The position numbers and the translations under genes were made by a program. Below the pieces are notes generated by a model, which worked only from the letters and a program-made list of their open reading frames with translations, searched no databases and was not told the DNA's origin. Shown one piece after another: positions 1 through 11,561 of a stretch of 64,000 nt of DNA. Each line of letters opens with the position of its first letter. The stretch's first letter is position 1. Source of the stretch: Octopus vulgaris (taxonomy: Eukaryota); contig OX597821.1 of assembly GCA_951406725.2 (NCBI GenBank), positions 101,308,001-101,372,000 on the forward strand, in the 5' to 3' direction.

Positions 1-97
1 GTGTCCGTTCGTCCATCCGTCCGTCCTTGTCTTGACATGACATGCATTTTCAGAGAGAACATGAATAAAATTTAAAGCCTGAAATGAAATATTTATA

Positions 98-292
98 ATT
101 AAGAGCAGATGGACAGCCATCCAGTTATATGTAATACTTGTATTTACATTTTGAGTTCAAATTCCACTGAATTGGACTTTGCTTTTCATCCTTTCAGGGT
201 TTGATAAAATAAGTACCAGATGAGCATTGGAGTCAATGTAATCAACTTATTTCTCCCCTGAAATTGCTGACCTTGTGCCAAAATTTGAAACA
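98..292 (+). mobile_element. Decayed SINE, family C (central block gctttcatcctttcggggtcgataaaataagtacc)
   Basis: gagttcaaattcc B-box-like motif, then ctttgcttttcatcctttcagggtttgataaaataagtacc and tail aaattgctgaccttgtgccaaaatttgaaac; aligns by eye with 58234-58468 and 51075-51243. Confidence 0.75.
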
Positions 293-660
293 ATTGTTCT
301 ATAAAACTCCAGATGCATTAAGATTGCAAAATCAACTAAAATTGGTTTGCTAACAATAAATATCATTTACATGTGTCAACATTTAATTCATACCTTATTT
401 GGTCAATTATTTGCCGTTCATAATCCTGAAATATCATGTTTTCTAATTTAGAGACTTAACAAGTATGTTGTGTTTCCTTCTAAATGATTACTTGCTATAC
501 CCATTCTAAGATCTATCTCTTTCTCTCTCTCTCTCTCTTTATCTCTCTCTCTCTCTATCTATCTCATGCATTTAACATCACTATTACTCTTATTCCTCTA
601 TAATTCTTGTATTTAAAAAATTACTAATAAAAATACTTTTATTAAAATTAGTCTCTATAC

Positions 661-1032
661 CAGCATTTCTCAACCAGGGTTCTCCAGAACCCTAGAGTTC
701 TGCAAAAGGTTCCTAGGGGTTCCATGAGAAAGAGTGAGATAAGCTAACGCTAATTTCATGATCATAATATTACTCTACATGCACAACATATTATTGGTTA
801 TTGTAATATAGACATCATCCTATCTAACCTATTATGTTATCAAAAAAATTTAACAACCATTGGGAATATATTTAGTGATGTCTGTAATTTATGGACACCC
901 TACATATATATATGTATATATATGAGATTTACTATGAAAGATATGGTGTGTAATTTTTTTTGTGCAGGGGTTTCTTGAGACATGTAATTTATTTTAAGGG
1001 TTACACAAGGGTAAAAAGGTTGAGAAACACTG
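661..1032. mobile_element. hAT (Buster/Charlie-type) MITE, 372 bp
   Basis: 15-bp TIRs cagcatttctcaacc / ggttgagaaacactg (2 mismatches); perfect 8-bp TSD ctctatac at 653-660 and 1033-1040 with central TA. Confidence 0.9.
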
Positions 1033-1309
1033 CTCTATACAATGGATAGTCAATATAAATGTTGGTTGGTTGCGTTTTTCAGTTACACTTTACATTTTAT
1101 AGAGAGGGGGTATAAGAGAGATACAGGGAGAGAGAAAGCTAACATAAGAGATGCAGGATGAGTTGAAAGAATCATAGGAGGAGGAAATGTGGTGGAGGGG
1201 CTTATGCAATTGTTTTATTTAATTTTAATTTAAGGTAATAAATACTTTTCTTTTGAAAATTGGTATTCATTTCATTATAAAGGTTAAATTATAATTATAT
1301 GCCATATAT

Positions 1310-1370
<61 letters not shown>

Positions 1371-1374
1371 TTTG

Positions 1375-1752
1375 CTTATACCTATCTCCTCTCATAAGTT
1401 CATCTTCCTAGCGTTCAAAATAATTTTTCTATCGTCTTGACTTAACTGCCTCACCGTTTGTTTTTACTGTCTTGTTCTCACTGTCCTGTTCTTGTTACCA
1501 CTTTCACCCTCCACAAAAAATCCCAAATTCTATTTAATTTGCTTTGTGGGAAGGACTGTTTCAACGAAGTCACGTCTTGTCCTTACCTTCAAAACGCAGA
1601 GTAGATGAAACAGGGGCAACGGATGAAGGGGAATATTCTTTATGCTGTATGTCTCATTTCTCTGTTTGTATTTTTCATTGTTCAAAAAAAGTTTGTTTTC
1701 TATGTTTTCATTTCTCATAGTGTTCTACGTTTTTTTGATGTCCCGTACCCAT
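1375..1752. mobile_element. Unclassified repeat inserted in a (TA)n/(CA)n microsatellite, possibly a retroelement terminus
   Basis: CpG-retaining ~380-bp block bounded by TA/CA microsatellites (1305-1370, 1751-1842); no coding motif recognised. Confidence 0.35.
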
Positions 1753-1809
1753 ATATGCATGTATATATACATATATATGTTGGTATGTACATATATGTAT
1801 ATATGCATA

Positions 1810-1844
<35 letters not shown>

Positions 1845-1934
1845 GAGTGTGTGATATTACCCATGGCGGCAAATGTATACTTCCAAAGTCACCTACTATA
1901 TGATGAGTAACAAACACTCTATTAAATCTAATAA

Positions 1935-2152
1935 TAATAGTTTCAAATTTTGGCACAAGGCCATCAATTTCGAGGGAGAGGGTAAGTCGATTACATTAAC
2001 CCCAGTGCTCAAATGGTACTTATTTTATTGACCCCAAAAGGATAAAAGGCAAAGACAATTTTGGCAGAATTTGAACTAGGAACATAACGATAGATGAAAT
2101 GCTGCTAAGTATTTCACCTGGTGTGCTAACGATTTTGCCAGCTCACCACCTT
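1935..2152 (-). mobile_element. SINE family C
   Basis: Reverse complement reads aaggtggtgagctggcaaaatcgttagcac...gttcaaattctgcc...ggccttgtgccaaaatttgaaac. Confidence 0.8.
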
Positions 2153-3399
2153 GATAATTGTTAATATTGAAACAAGGAAGCATTCAAATGTGTGTGTGTG
2201 TGTGTGTGTGTGTGCTGAAGACTATAATTTGTGTGGGAAGGCAGGGTCAAGAAAGAAGATTTTGAAGCATAGGTTTTAAAGTGAATATTCTGATTATTTA
2301 AACTTTCAGCTTGAAGGTAATTAATAAACAGATATTTATTCATGATATTAGACAAAACTGAAGCAAAAATGATCTTCCTCTTATGCAGTCATTCTAATTT
2401 CTACCTTTGCAAGCAATTCGGAGCTGTTCCTCCCAAAAGAGCTGCCATATGGAACAGATCATATTCATTATTCATATACAATATATTGAATTCTGCTCTT
2501 AGATTTATATATTTGATGCTTAGTGGCTATTATTTAGTTTCTCTTGAAGTGTCAAGAACAGCCTCTTACAGCATTCTACTAACACAATCACACAAACAGA
2601 ACAAAACATATGCAATTACAAAACACACAAAGGCTATAGTTGAAGAAAAGTATTTTTGCTTTCTAAGTATTCTTAGACTTGAAATCAAACCTACCTATTA
2701 CAAACTACATATTTTCTTGTCTACTTTAGCTACTACTACTACTACTACTATCATCAGTTCATGACACATTTTTACTTGGTTTTCATTTTCACCATATTTT
2801 CATGCCTCTTCAGTCAGTCTTCATGATGATAGAATTTGATGAGGGGGTTTTTTGTTTTGTTTCATGTTTTTCTTTGTTTTGTATTTTTGTTATTGTTTTC
2901 TTTTTTTTTTTTCAGTCATTTTCTTTGCTCATCCAAACACATTTTCTTGGAAATAATGTCTGTCTTCTTTATTTCCTTCCAGATGTTGTATATTCTCCAC
3001 TTTCTCTGCCATAATATTTTTGTTATACTTTGTCACCAACAGAGACACAAAGCTTTTCTTTAATCATTATAAATGCCTCTCATAACATATTACTAATGAC
3101 ACACTGTCTATTATTTTAAATTCCAAGATATTAAATTATTGCAGGTGATGATCTTTGTTGCTTATGAAATGACATATGCTATGGATTTACAGCTGTCATT
3201 AAGGCAATATTTCTATTTCATACTTCCTTGGTTTTATTCATAGAAATTGATCATAATTCATCTTTATTACTTCATTGTGAAATTCTTCAAATTTTCAATT
3301 CAGTTATATTTGATACTAGATAGTTTGGTTTTTGAAGACAAGATTATAAATAATCAATTGTGTAATTTTCATTTTGTCAATCAATACATAGTTTTCAAT

Positions 3400-4950
3400 T
3401 TTCAATATTGATGGATACCTCCGTTTTAGCTCAGCAGTTTAAAGCTTGTCGAAATAAGGCTCATCATCATATTCAATGTGTTTTTTTTATGCTGTCATGA
3501 CATAATGGATTTACTATACAGCATTGTTCCATCCATCTCAAATTTTTTCATCTTATTATAGTAAATCCTAACCTTATATGATCTGATCTATGTGAGCTTT
3601 GATAATGAGATCAGATCTCATGTAACCTCTACCACTAAATCAAAATACAATTCCATTGAATATAGGCCATTTATTCACAGTGTATGTGTGTTTATGTGTA
3701 TATAAGTGGATGTGTATGTATATATGTGAATATATATATATGTTTGTGTATATATGTGCAATATATGTTAGAAGGTATATGTATGTGTATCCATACCAAT
3801 GCTCCAATCAATGATACCCAGTTGATTTGTTTACTTCATTTCAGTGGTCTTCGTTCATTCTTCACCAATAACTGTTAGCTCCATTCCTTTTATTGCTCAT
3901 ATTTAAAGATACTGCTATCAACTTTGGCCAAGCCATTAGAGACTCCAATGAAGAATTCAAGATGGATGCATGCAGTATCAGGTTCTCATTGCAGAGGGCA
4001 AAGAGGATAGGACTAATAATAGTGCTTTTGTAGATTTCGCTACACTTTGTAATAATCCAGATTGTACTTTCAACACCTTTGTACACAAACTTATACAATT
4101 CTCTTAAGCTGTGTATTCAAACTTAACTTTCTCATTGCTCAATGGAATTCATAACTCAAATATAGTGAGATAAAAATGCTTATTCTTTAAGTATTTCACC
4201 TGAAGTTGTAGTATTTGCAGCTCTATACCAAATGCAATATTTATCTTCTCCAGCTGACTTCTAACCCAAATCATTTTCTGTACAATTCTTGCTGCCACCT
4301 TGGTAGTACTTGATTCATTAGTTTTAGACAGTAATTTCCCTTACCTACTGCAATTTTTCATCTTTAAATTTGTTAGTGGATTTTTTTCTTTTTTCTCTAT
4401 TTCTGTTTTTTTTTCTCTTTTGTTTGCTTTTGTTTTTTGGGTTTTTGTTTTTTTCTGAAACTCCTTAATTATGTATGGTGCAACTATATCAATTATTAAG
4501 AATATCACTTTTTTTCACAGTACTATCAAGCCATTGGTGTGTTTGTTAGCAATCTATCTTATTTCAACATCCAAACAAATTTCTTGAAGATCTTTTAACT
4601 TTCTCTACCAACCCAGCTATGAGCCTCTCCCCTTGTATAAGATAACCAGTTTGAATATATTCTTGCAGTTCATGTAAAAGACTACTTAGTGACTTTCATC
4701 TCAGAACTACATAAGCTTTGTACATTCATTATATCTTATTATGATTTCAGAACCTCTCTATGCAATAGTGTATCTGTCTAATGCTTCTCTGCATGTTTAT
4801 TGAAATCCTCTATAACAATTGCAACATCATTTTCACTTGAGGTTATTCTTATTAGAATCTGGTAAAACTGGTTTCCAACTTGTGATAAATTATTCATGCC
4901 TGCTATGCAAATAACTAAACTTATAGTATTTTGTTGCATAAAAGATATAG
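3400..4950 (-). mobile_element. Highly decayed non-LTR retrotransposon ORF2 remnant
   Basis: Minus-strand peptide ISPILFALCNENL resembles the RT motif LSPLLF; PLCHDS near 3490 resembles a C-terminal Zn-knuckle; many stops. Confidence 0.4.
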
Positions 4951-5048
4951 CAAAGCCATATTAGCCCTAATAATAGGCAATCATGAAATAACTACTGCAT
5001 TGGTGTCTGTTTGTTTTTAAGGGTTCAAAAACTAAAATTTTAAATACA

Positions 5049-5080
5049 AGTGTGTGTGTGTGTGTGTGTGTGTCTCTCTC

Positions 5081-5124
<44 letters not shown>

Positions 5125-5133
5125 CACATACAT

Positions 5134-5170
<37 letters not shown>
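5049..5170. repeat. Compound microsatellite (TG)n-(TC)n-(TATC)n-(CA)n
   Basis: Direct reading. Confidence 0.95.
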
Positions 5171-5171
<1 letters not shown>

Positions 5172-5234
5172 TAAAAAAATAGAGGATTTATAATTTGCAT
5201 TCTAAGTTTATTTTGAATTAATTTTCTCCTTTAG

Positions 5235-5368
5235 TAACAGAGGCTTTTTTTAAGGAAGCCACACTTGAAACAGGTGGTGTGTACCAAGGAATGAAGGGAA
5301 GTTACCTGCAAGCTGAGGGTAAAGATTGGTTTCAGTGCCCAGTTCAGGTCATTCTGAATAGATTGTAG
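5235..5368 (+). CDS. Coding exon of an unidentified gene; either internal (5235-5318, donor G|gtaaag) or terminal (stop TAG 5366-5368)
   Basis: Acceptor attttctcctttag|; phase-1 frame xTEAFFKEATLETGGVYQGMKGSYLQAEGKDWFQCPVQVILNRL*; locally raised GC, strong G-first codon bias; AATAAA at ~5480 and ~5495. Confidence 0.55.
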
Positions 5369-6237
5369 CCTTTGACATTGCAGTGTCATACAATCTCTTT
5401 TTCCTTTTTCTATAAACTCAAAGCTTATTGTGTGTCTGCATAAGAGATCAATATAGTGATATATTATTTGGTTCCATTAAATAAAATTAATTTCAATAAA
5501 ATACATTTCAGATCACATCCAATTTATTAAAAGTACATAATTAGAATGAAAGAAGTAATCTACAGGAGCTCAGCTTCAAATTTTCCTGTACAAAACTATA
5601 ATCTAGCTTAAGGATTTTCCTTCTGACCTTACAACATTTCACAGGTTATAAAGCTTTCTATATTCCTACAAAGAGTATATTGATTGTCTAACTTCTATCT
5701 CTTTGTGTTTAAAGCTCATACAGATTATTGTGATCTTTGTTTCATCAAATGAATGAAATAGCATTGCTTGTTCCAGTGATTAGTAAGATTTGTTTAATCC
5801 ATTACAAATTTAATCTCCTAATATAGATCTGTCAAAAATTATTTTGTTGTATTTCAGACAACATGATCCCTCAAACTAGTGCCCACTTTACCATTAAGTT
5901 TGCATGCAGCAGACATTATTTTCCTCAATCATTCTTTTCCCCTTTTACTAATTTCAACTTCAGTTGTTTTCTCTATAATTTCTTCACCATCACCTTTTAT
6001 TTTCACTAACATTCAATATTGTTTCATATATTTTCTTTGGAATAAAATTATATTTATTAAATTTCTGATGGCTAACACCAAGCAACTCGATTTTTGATAG
6101 TATTTAGTTTTGTACCATCCTTTTTTAAGTCCAAATGCTGCCAGAGATGTCTGTGACTATCATACCTCTGAGATTGATACAATATATCGCATATGATTGT
6201 ATAATACTAAATATAAAGAAACCATTGTAGTTATCAT

Positions 6238-6570
6238 TTGGCATGGTTGTATAGTTAAGAGACTTACTTTGCAACCATGTGATTTCAGGTTCAGTCCCAC
6301 TGTGCAGCACCATGGTCGAGGATCTTCTATTATAAAATATCTGGAAGCTCATTGTGTGTGTATGTGTATGTGTACATGTGTGTGTTTGCTTCTGTCTGTC
6401 ACCACCATCACTTGACAACTAGTGTTGATTTGTTTATTTTCCAATGGAAAATAAGTGAGTAGGCTTCAAAAAATAAGTAAATAAAAGCACTTTTTATTTG
6501 ATTGACTAAAACCTTCAAGGCAGTGCCCCAGAATGACCACAGTCCTATGCCTGAAACAACAGATGAAAGA
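6238..6570 (+). mobile_element. Decayed tRNA-derived SINE, family A
   Basis: Head ggcatggttgtatagttaag...caggttcagtcccactgtg, internal (TG)n, tail aaggcagtgccccag...ctgaaac; matches 43005-43408. Confidence 0.7.
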
Positions 6571-6910
6571 TGTACTCTTGAATATCAAAGAACCTTTTAT
6601 CATTCAGTGTTAATATCTGTTTTCTGAATCAAATTTTATATATCATCAATTTGGCTGTTGAAAATAGAAGGAATCTAAGCTTAATCCAGATTTGATTTAA
6701 GATTTTTAAAATTTATTTTGTTTTGAGTTGGTGACAAGTATTGTAACATTCATGTCTGGTATACTACTATATTTAATATGCACTTTGATTTTGGGCTCCT
6801 GGATTATCTTGAAAACCCATTATAGCATGTATAATAGTAGTATTGCACAACTGACTTCAAGAGCAGATAATCTGCTATAATCCAATTAATTGGTTTTTAA
6901 TATTTCATTT

Positions 6911-7138
6911 TCATCATCATCATCATCATCATCATCCTTGTTTAACATCCTTCTTTCATGCTGGATGGTTGGATGGTTTGACAGGAGCTGGCCAGGCAGG
7001 AGCCTGCACCATGCTTCTGAATCTGTTTTGGAATGGTTTTTATGGCTGGATGCCCTTCCTAACACCAACCACTCTGTAAAGTGGGCTGAGTGCTTTTTAT
7101 GTGGCACTCGCACAGGTGAGGTCAGTTTTGGCATGGTT
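6911..7138 (-). mobile_element. RTE-LINE 3' end fragment with (GAT)n tail
   Basis: (cat)n then gtttaacatcc...gctggatgcccttcctaacaccaaccact, the reverse complement of the terminus at 17651-17821. Confidence 0.75.
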
Positions 7139-7741
7139 TTATATGAAATAAATGTATTATTTATAAGAATCCATCTATGTATCCAACCATGCCAGCATAG
7201 AAAACAGGCATTAAATGATGATAATTAAATGATTATTTGTAAATAACGATACATAAATGAGGATAGATAACTGAAAATGTTTAACATTCTTTTTGCATTT
7301 CTGTGTCTACTAGAGATATTTTTTAGCTCACTTTGAATTTAACCATATATTAATTTGACTGATATTTTCTGTAGCTAAACATGCTGGCACAACATAAATG
7401 ATTGTCAGTATTTTACAGTGTAATCACCAATTAAAGATGTGGTTTTCTCCATTTTTATTTTTGTCATCTTATACCCCAAATTTCTTGAAATTCTTCTAAA
7501 TGATATCTGGATTGACTTGTCATACATAACAAATTACCTTGGATGTTTATTCTACTTGCATTTATTGGTATCTGATTGCTGGATATAGTTAACCAAATTC
7601 ATGTAACACTGAGTGCTTTATAGATATCTGCTTAGATTTTTCAATCCCTTTTACTTCTTCTTATATATATATATATATATATATGTAGGTCCCGGGTTGA
7701 TTCGGGGTTAACCACAGTAAATTAATTTATTATATAGAAGG

Positions 7742-7792
7742 AGCTTCTACAGGACTAGTACTGTTTCATTCAAGAGAAATCTTCAGGAAGCT
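7742..7792 (-). ncRNA. Type I hammerhead ribozyme (mirror copy)
   Basis: Exact reverse complement of 7911-7961. Confidence 0.75.
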
Positions 7793-7910
7793 ATTTAACA
7801 AGAATTGTATTAGCATTTATACAGGTTTAAAGGAGTGGTTTAAAGGTCCCCCACCACCACTCCTTTAAACCTGCCTAAATGTATAAATGCTAATACAATT
7901 CTTGTTAAAT

Positions 7911-7961
7911 AGCTTCCTGAAGATTTCTCTTGAATGAAACAGTACTAGTCCTGTAGAAGCT
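7911..7961 (+). ncRNA. Type I minimal hammerhead ribozyme
   Basis: Stem I agcttc/gaagct; core CTGAAGA 7917-7923; short stem II ttc-tctt-gaa; GAAA 7936-7939; stem III acag/ctgt around tactagtc; cleavage triplet GTA 7953-7955. Confidence 0.8.
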
Positions 7962-7982
7962 CCTTCTATATAATAAAATAAA

Positions 7983-8025
<43 letters not shown>

Positions 8026-8171
8026 ATTTTGTTTAATGTACACAGTACATAGTTATAAGCTACTAATAGTTTCATACATTGGAGATGTTTTCTTGCCATG
8101 TTATTAAAACCTCTGTAGAAAAGATATCCAATGTATGAAACTATTAGTAGCTCATAACTATATAGTGGATC

Positions 8172-8615
8172 CATCATCATCATCATTGTTTATCATCCGC
8201 TTTCCATGGTAGCATAGGTTGGATGATTTGATTGAGGACTGGCAAACCAGATAGCTGCACCAGGCTCCAATCTGATCTGGCAGAGTTTCTACAGCTGGAT
8301 GCCCTTCCTAATGACAACTACTCCGAGAGTGCTTTTACGTGCCACTGGCACGAGGGCCATTCAGGCGGTACTGGCAACAGTCACACTCAAGTGGTGTTTT
8401 TTATGTGCCACCTGCACAGGAGCCAGTCCAGAGGCACTGGCAATGACCTCATTCAAATGTTTTTTCATGTGCTACCAGCACAAGTGCCAGTAAGGCGACG
8501 CTGGTAATGATCATGCTTGAATGGTGCTTTTTATGTGCCACCAGCATGGAAGCTGGCAATGATCACGCTTGGGTGGTGCTCTTAGTGCTCCACTAGCATG
8601 GATGCTAGTCATCGA
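8172..8615 (-). mobile_element. RTE-LINE 3' UTR with (GAT)n tail and internal ~50-bp tandem repeats
   Basis: (cat)n, ctacagctggatgcccttcctaatg, then repeated gtgcttttt(t)atgtgccac...ctggcaatga units also seen next to the RTE ORF at 22535-22740. Confidence 0.8.
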
Positions 8616-8714
8616 ATCTATTAAATAATATTTATCTCTCACTGGGTAGAATACTTTTTTTGTTGATTTTAGCTTAATGGAAAAGTTTAATGTGTATGTG
8701 TGTGTGTGTTTATA

Positions 8715-9128
8715 TAGGCATAGGTGTGGCTGTATGGTTAAGAAGTTTGCTTCCTAGCCATGTGGTCTAACGTTCAGTTTTGTTGTGTGGCACCTTGGGC
8801 AAATGCCTTCTACTATAGCTTCAGGCCAACCAAAGCTTTGTGAGTGAAATTATTGGTTGAAAGCTGAAAGAGCCTGTTGTGTGTGTGTGTGTGTGTGTGT
8901 GTGCACCCTTCTCTTGACATCATGAGATGGTTGTAAATGAGCATGACCATCGTATAAGTGATGTTCATTTCCAGTCTTCCATGAAAAACATATCAGACCA
9001 TGAAGAAATATTACCTTGCATGGAAGTAGGTAACGGTTGGCAACAGGAAGGGCATTCAGCTGTAGAAACTCTATCTCAGAAAATTCCATCTGACCCACGC
9101 AAGCATGAAAAAGTGGACATTAAATGAT
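8715..9128 (+). mobile_element. SINE family B (family-A head and core, RTE-derived tail)
   Basis: ggtgtggctgtatggttaagaagtttgcttcc...ggcaccttgggcaaatg, (TG)n, then ggcaacaggaagggcattcagctgtagaaa...gtggacattaaatgat. Confidence 0.8.
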
Positions 9129-9679
9129 ACTCATAACCATGATATTAATATCTGTATTTATATAGTGTTTGGGAACATGCAATGATTTTTTTATTTTGTT
9201 ATTCTTGGAAATAGCTTTCTATACCAATATAATATTGTTACTGAATATTGTTGCTTTATTACATCATTGCATTTTTAAATATAAGTTGCAGAGAAAAAAA
9301 TATTTACAGCCTAGAACTATGTATTAAATGCATCCTTTATCTTGATTTAGGTGAGAAAAAATGTGTATTATTATTATACATTGAGCTTTATAGCATACAA
9401 ATTCTGTGAGACTGGATTTTATTAGGAGGTTTTTTTTTTATGATCTCTGGAGATTCTATGAATGGATCTCATAACTATTTCATTGTAAACTACCTACCTG
9501 ATGTTAATGCTAGCATGCATCCCTTGTGCCTGAATTAATGTCTCAATATATTCTTACTCATAGCATTCTAACTGCATTTCAATTACAAGAACCAAGCAGT
9601 TGAACAAGTAAGCATTTTGATAGCTATTTGTGATTGAAAACCATTTCTTTAATCTAAGTTCCAATGTCATATGCAAATA

Positions 9680-10100
9680 TTGCTGTAATAATAATCTGAA
9701 AAACCTTTTACTTCTAAATTCACCATTCCAATTTTCAGTGTGTACTCAATGAAAGTAGTAGGCACATAAATACTGCAGTGGCTCACTAAGAGATTGACAG
9801 AGACTAGAACTTCAAATGTGCTAGATGTAGGAAAATAGTTAGTAGTTAACATGAAGTGGAGTGCATAAACTGCTTAAAATACTCAACAGATATTTGTCTA
9901 TTTTAGAAATCATGTAAAGGAAGGGACTTCTAAAGGGTTGATGTTCTGGAGGGGAAGAATTTTGACTAGTTGTTAGTGTAGGCTGGAACCTGAGAAAACA
10001 GATACAGAAGACTTGATAAGAGGGGAGTATATATGTCAGATGGTCTTAGCCAGGGATGATATTCAGATAGCTAACTCTGAGGAGCAGGCTGTTGTAGTTG
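9680..10100 (-). mobile_element. Decayed LINE APE-endonuclease fragment
   Basis: Minus-strand LHFMLTTN...LVSHCSI resembles LDLFLT..SDH of CR1-like APE domains. Confidence 0.35.
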
Positions 10101-10469
10101 TGGTAGAAGAAGCAAATTGATAAAAGTCACATGGCAGAAGTTGGGGAAATATGCAAATATATGTTACTATTTTCACTTTGACAAATTGAAAGACACACCT
10201 TATACCCAAAGATCACCAAATTCTGAGAAAGCTAAATATTTTTATTTTTTTAAAGTAAATCAACTTATGTAATGAGTAAATGGTCAAAATATGAAGTTTC
10301 AAAAATTCTGGCTAACTGATCCACAATTTTCAAACTGGGCCAGAGAAAAAAAAATGTTTGCAATATAGCTTTGTGTAAAACCAATTTAATAAAGTATGCT
10401 TCTTCAGCTAAATATAAAAAATTGCATTCTAATAAACTCAAATTCTCGACAAACTATCAAAGCATTTTT

Positions 10470-10976
10470 TCTTTCCCAGTAGCAAAATAACAGAGCTACA
10501 GTTAGCAGCATTTGTAGCTTGTCATGTAAATATTCGTTGTGTCAGTCACATAGGAGAACTTGTTAATAAAGGAATTCCTTTATCACCAATTGCAGCTAAT
10601 TTCAAACCGCATAGATCAAAACATATGGCACTTACAAAAAAAAAGTTTATTGGTCTATCTTTACTGAAAGAACAAATTGAAGACATAAGTAATAGTCCAT
10701 TCTCTTTGATATTGCTTGTGGAAAGCATCGGTGTGTCAATGTGTATGTTAGATATAAACAACAAAATAAAATTGTTTCACAGTTTTTAGGGTTAATTCCT
10801 GTTCCAAAAACTACTGCTGAAGTGTTGCATCGAGAAAAATGTTCTTATGTGATGTATGAACTAATATTAAAAACTGTTTTGTTATTACAACTGATAGAGC
10901 TTCAAACCTTTGTGACATTAATAATTCTCTCTACATATAAATAAAATTAGATAATCAAAACTTGGTTCTCATAAAA

Positions 10977-11027
<51 letters not shown>

Positions 11028-11230
11028 TTGCCATGTTGCTAGAGACTTACCTTTTAATATTGACTGGTTATGTCAAGAGAAACAACTGGTTCCACTGATC
11101 AGTGCTTTGAAGGGAATCTTTCATGGAAATATATAAATTTATCATTGATTATATGGAACCATTGAAAATGACTACCCTTTTAGCTGCAAGATGGTTAGCT
11201 AGAAATATGTGTGAAAAGAATTCTTTGAAA
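10470..11230 (+). mobile_element. Decayed hAT transposase fragment, split by a (TC)n tract
   Basis: ELQLAAFVACH...HIGELV...SPIAANFKPHRSK...SPFSLILLVESIGVS / VRYKQQNKIVSQFLGLIPVPKTTAEVLH / HVARDLPFNIDWL..NWF: hAT FSL..DES, VRY and TAE motifs with frameshifts; (TC)n at 10981-11024. Confidence 0.7.
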
Positions 11231-11561
11231 GACAAATTAAAATTGCATTTTCAAAAAAGCATCTAGTTGCAAAAACATCTAATTTTTAAAATTAAGAATT
11301 CTCTTGAATATCATGTTAAATTATTGACTAAGTAAATTTAAATGGAAATCTCATATATAAAATTTTCATTTCAGGTTACTATCTCAACCTACTAACTTTC
11401 TATTTATTCATTTTTTTCTTTTTCTGTTGAAAATTTGAGGCTACTTTTAGGAAATTTACTTGGGCAAACCTGCCTTTGTGCATCTATCTATATTAGGTTT
11501 CTTTCATTCAACATGCAGAGTACTTGGGGGTAATTCTATTTGAACATGTATTCCTCTAATT

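Larger units (their letters stand above)
7726..7977. mobile_element. Inverted-repeat (foldback) element, probably a Penelope-like inverted pLTR, in a (TA)n tract
   Basis: 7726-7823 is the exact reverse complement of 7880-7977 (98 bp); inner 18-bp arms 7822-7839/7856-7873; (TA)n at 7661-7684 and 7987-8022; hammerhead in each arm. Confidence 0.75.

Noticed and set aside
1585-1632. Permuted hammerhead-like motifs (ccttc-aaaac..gta...cggatga-agggg)
   Set aside because: Both core motifs deviate (AAAA, CGGAUGA) and no stem I can be formed
1605-1910. ORFs rich in YI, HT, CV or LS (also 3684, 7905, 26855, 26895, 43604, 51800, 54514)
   Set aside because: Translations of microsatellites and SINEs
2790-2820. 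Minus-strand CTGAAGA..GAAA
   Set aside because: No stem III, cleavage triplet or stem I complement
5231-5435. Minus-strand open frame HTISFEFIEKGKRDC...KKSLCY* with a plausible acceptor
   Set aside because: It is in exact antisense codon register with the + strand exon, which has the better codon bias and acceptor; treated as a shadow frame, though not fully excluded
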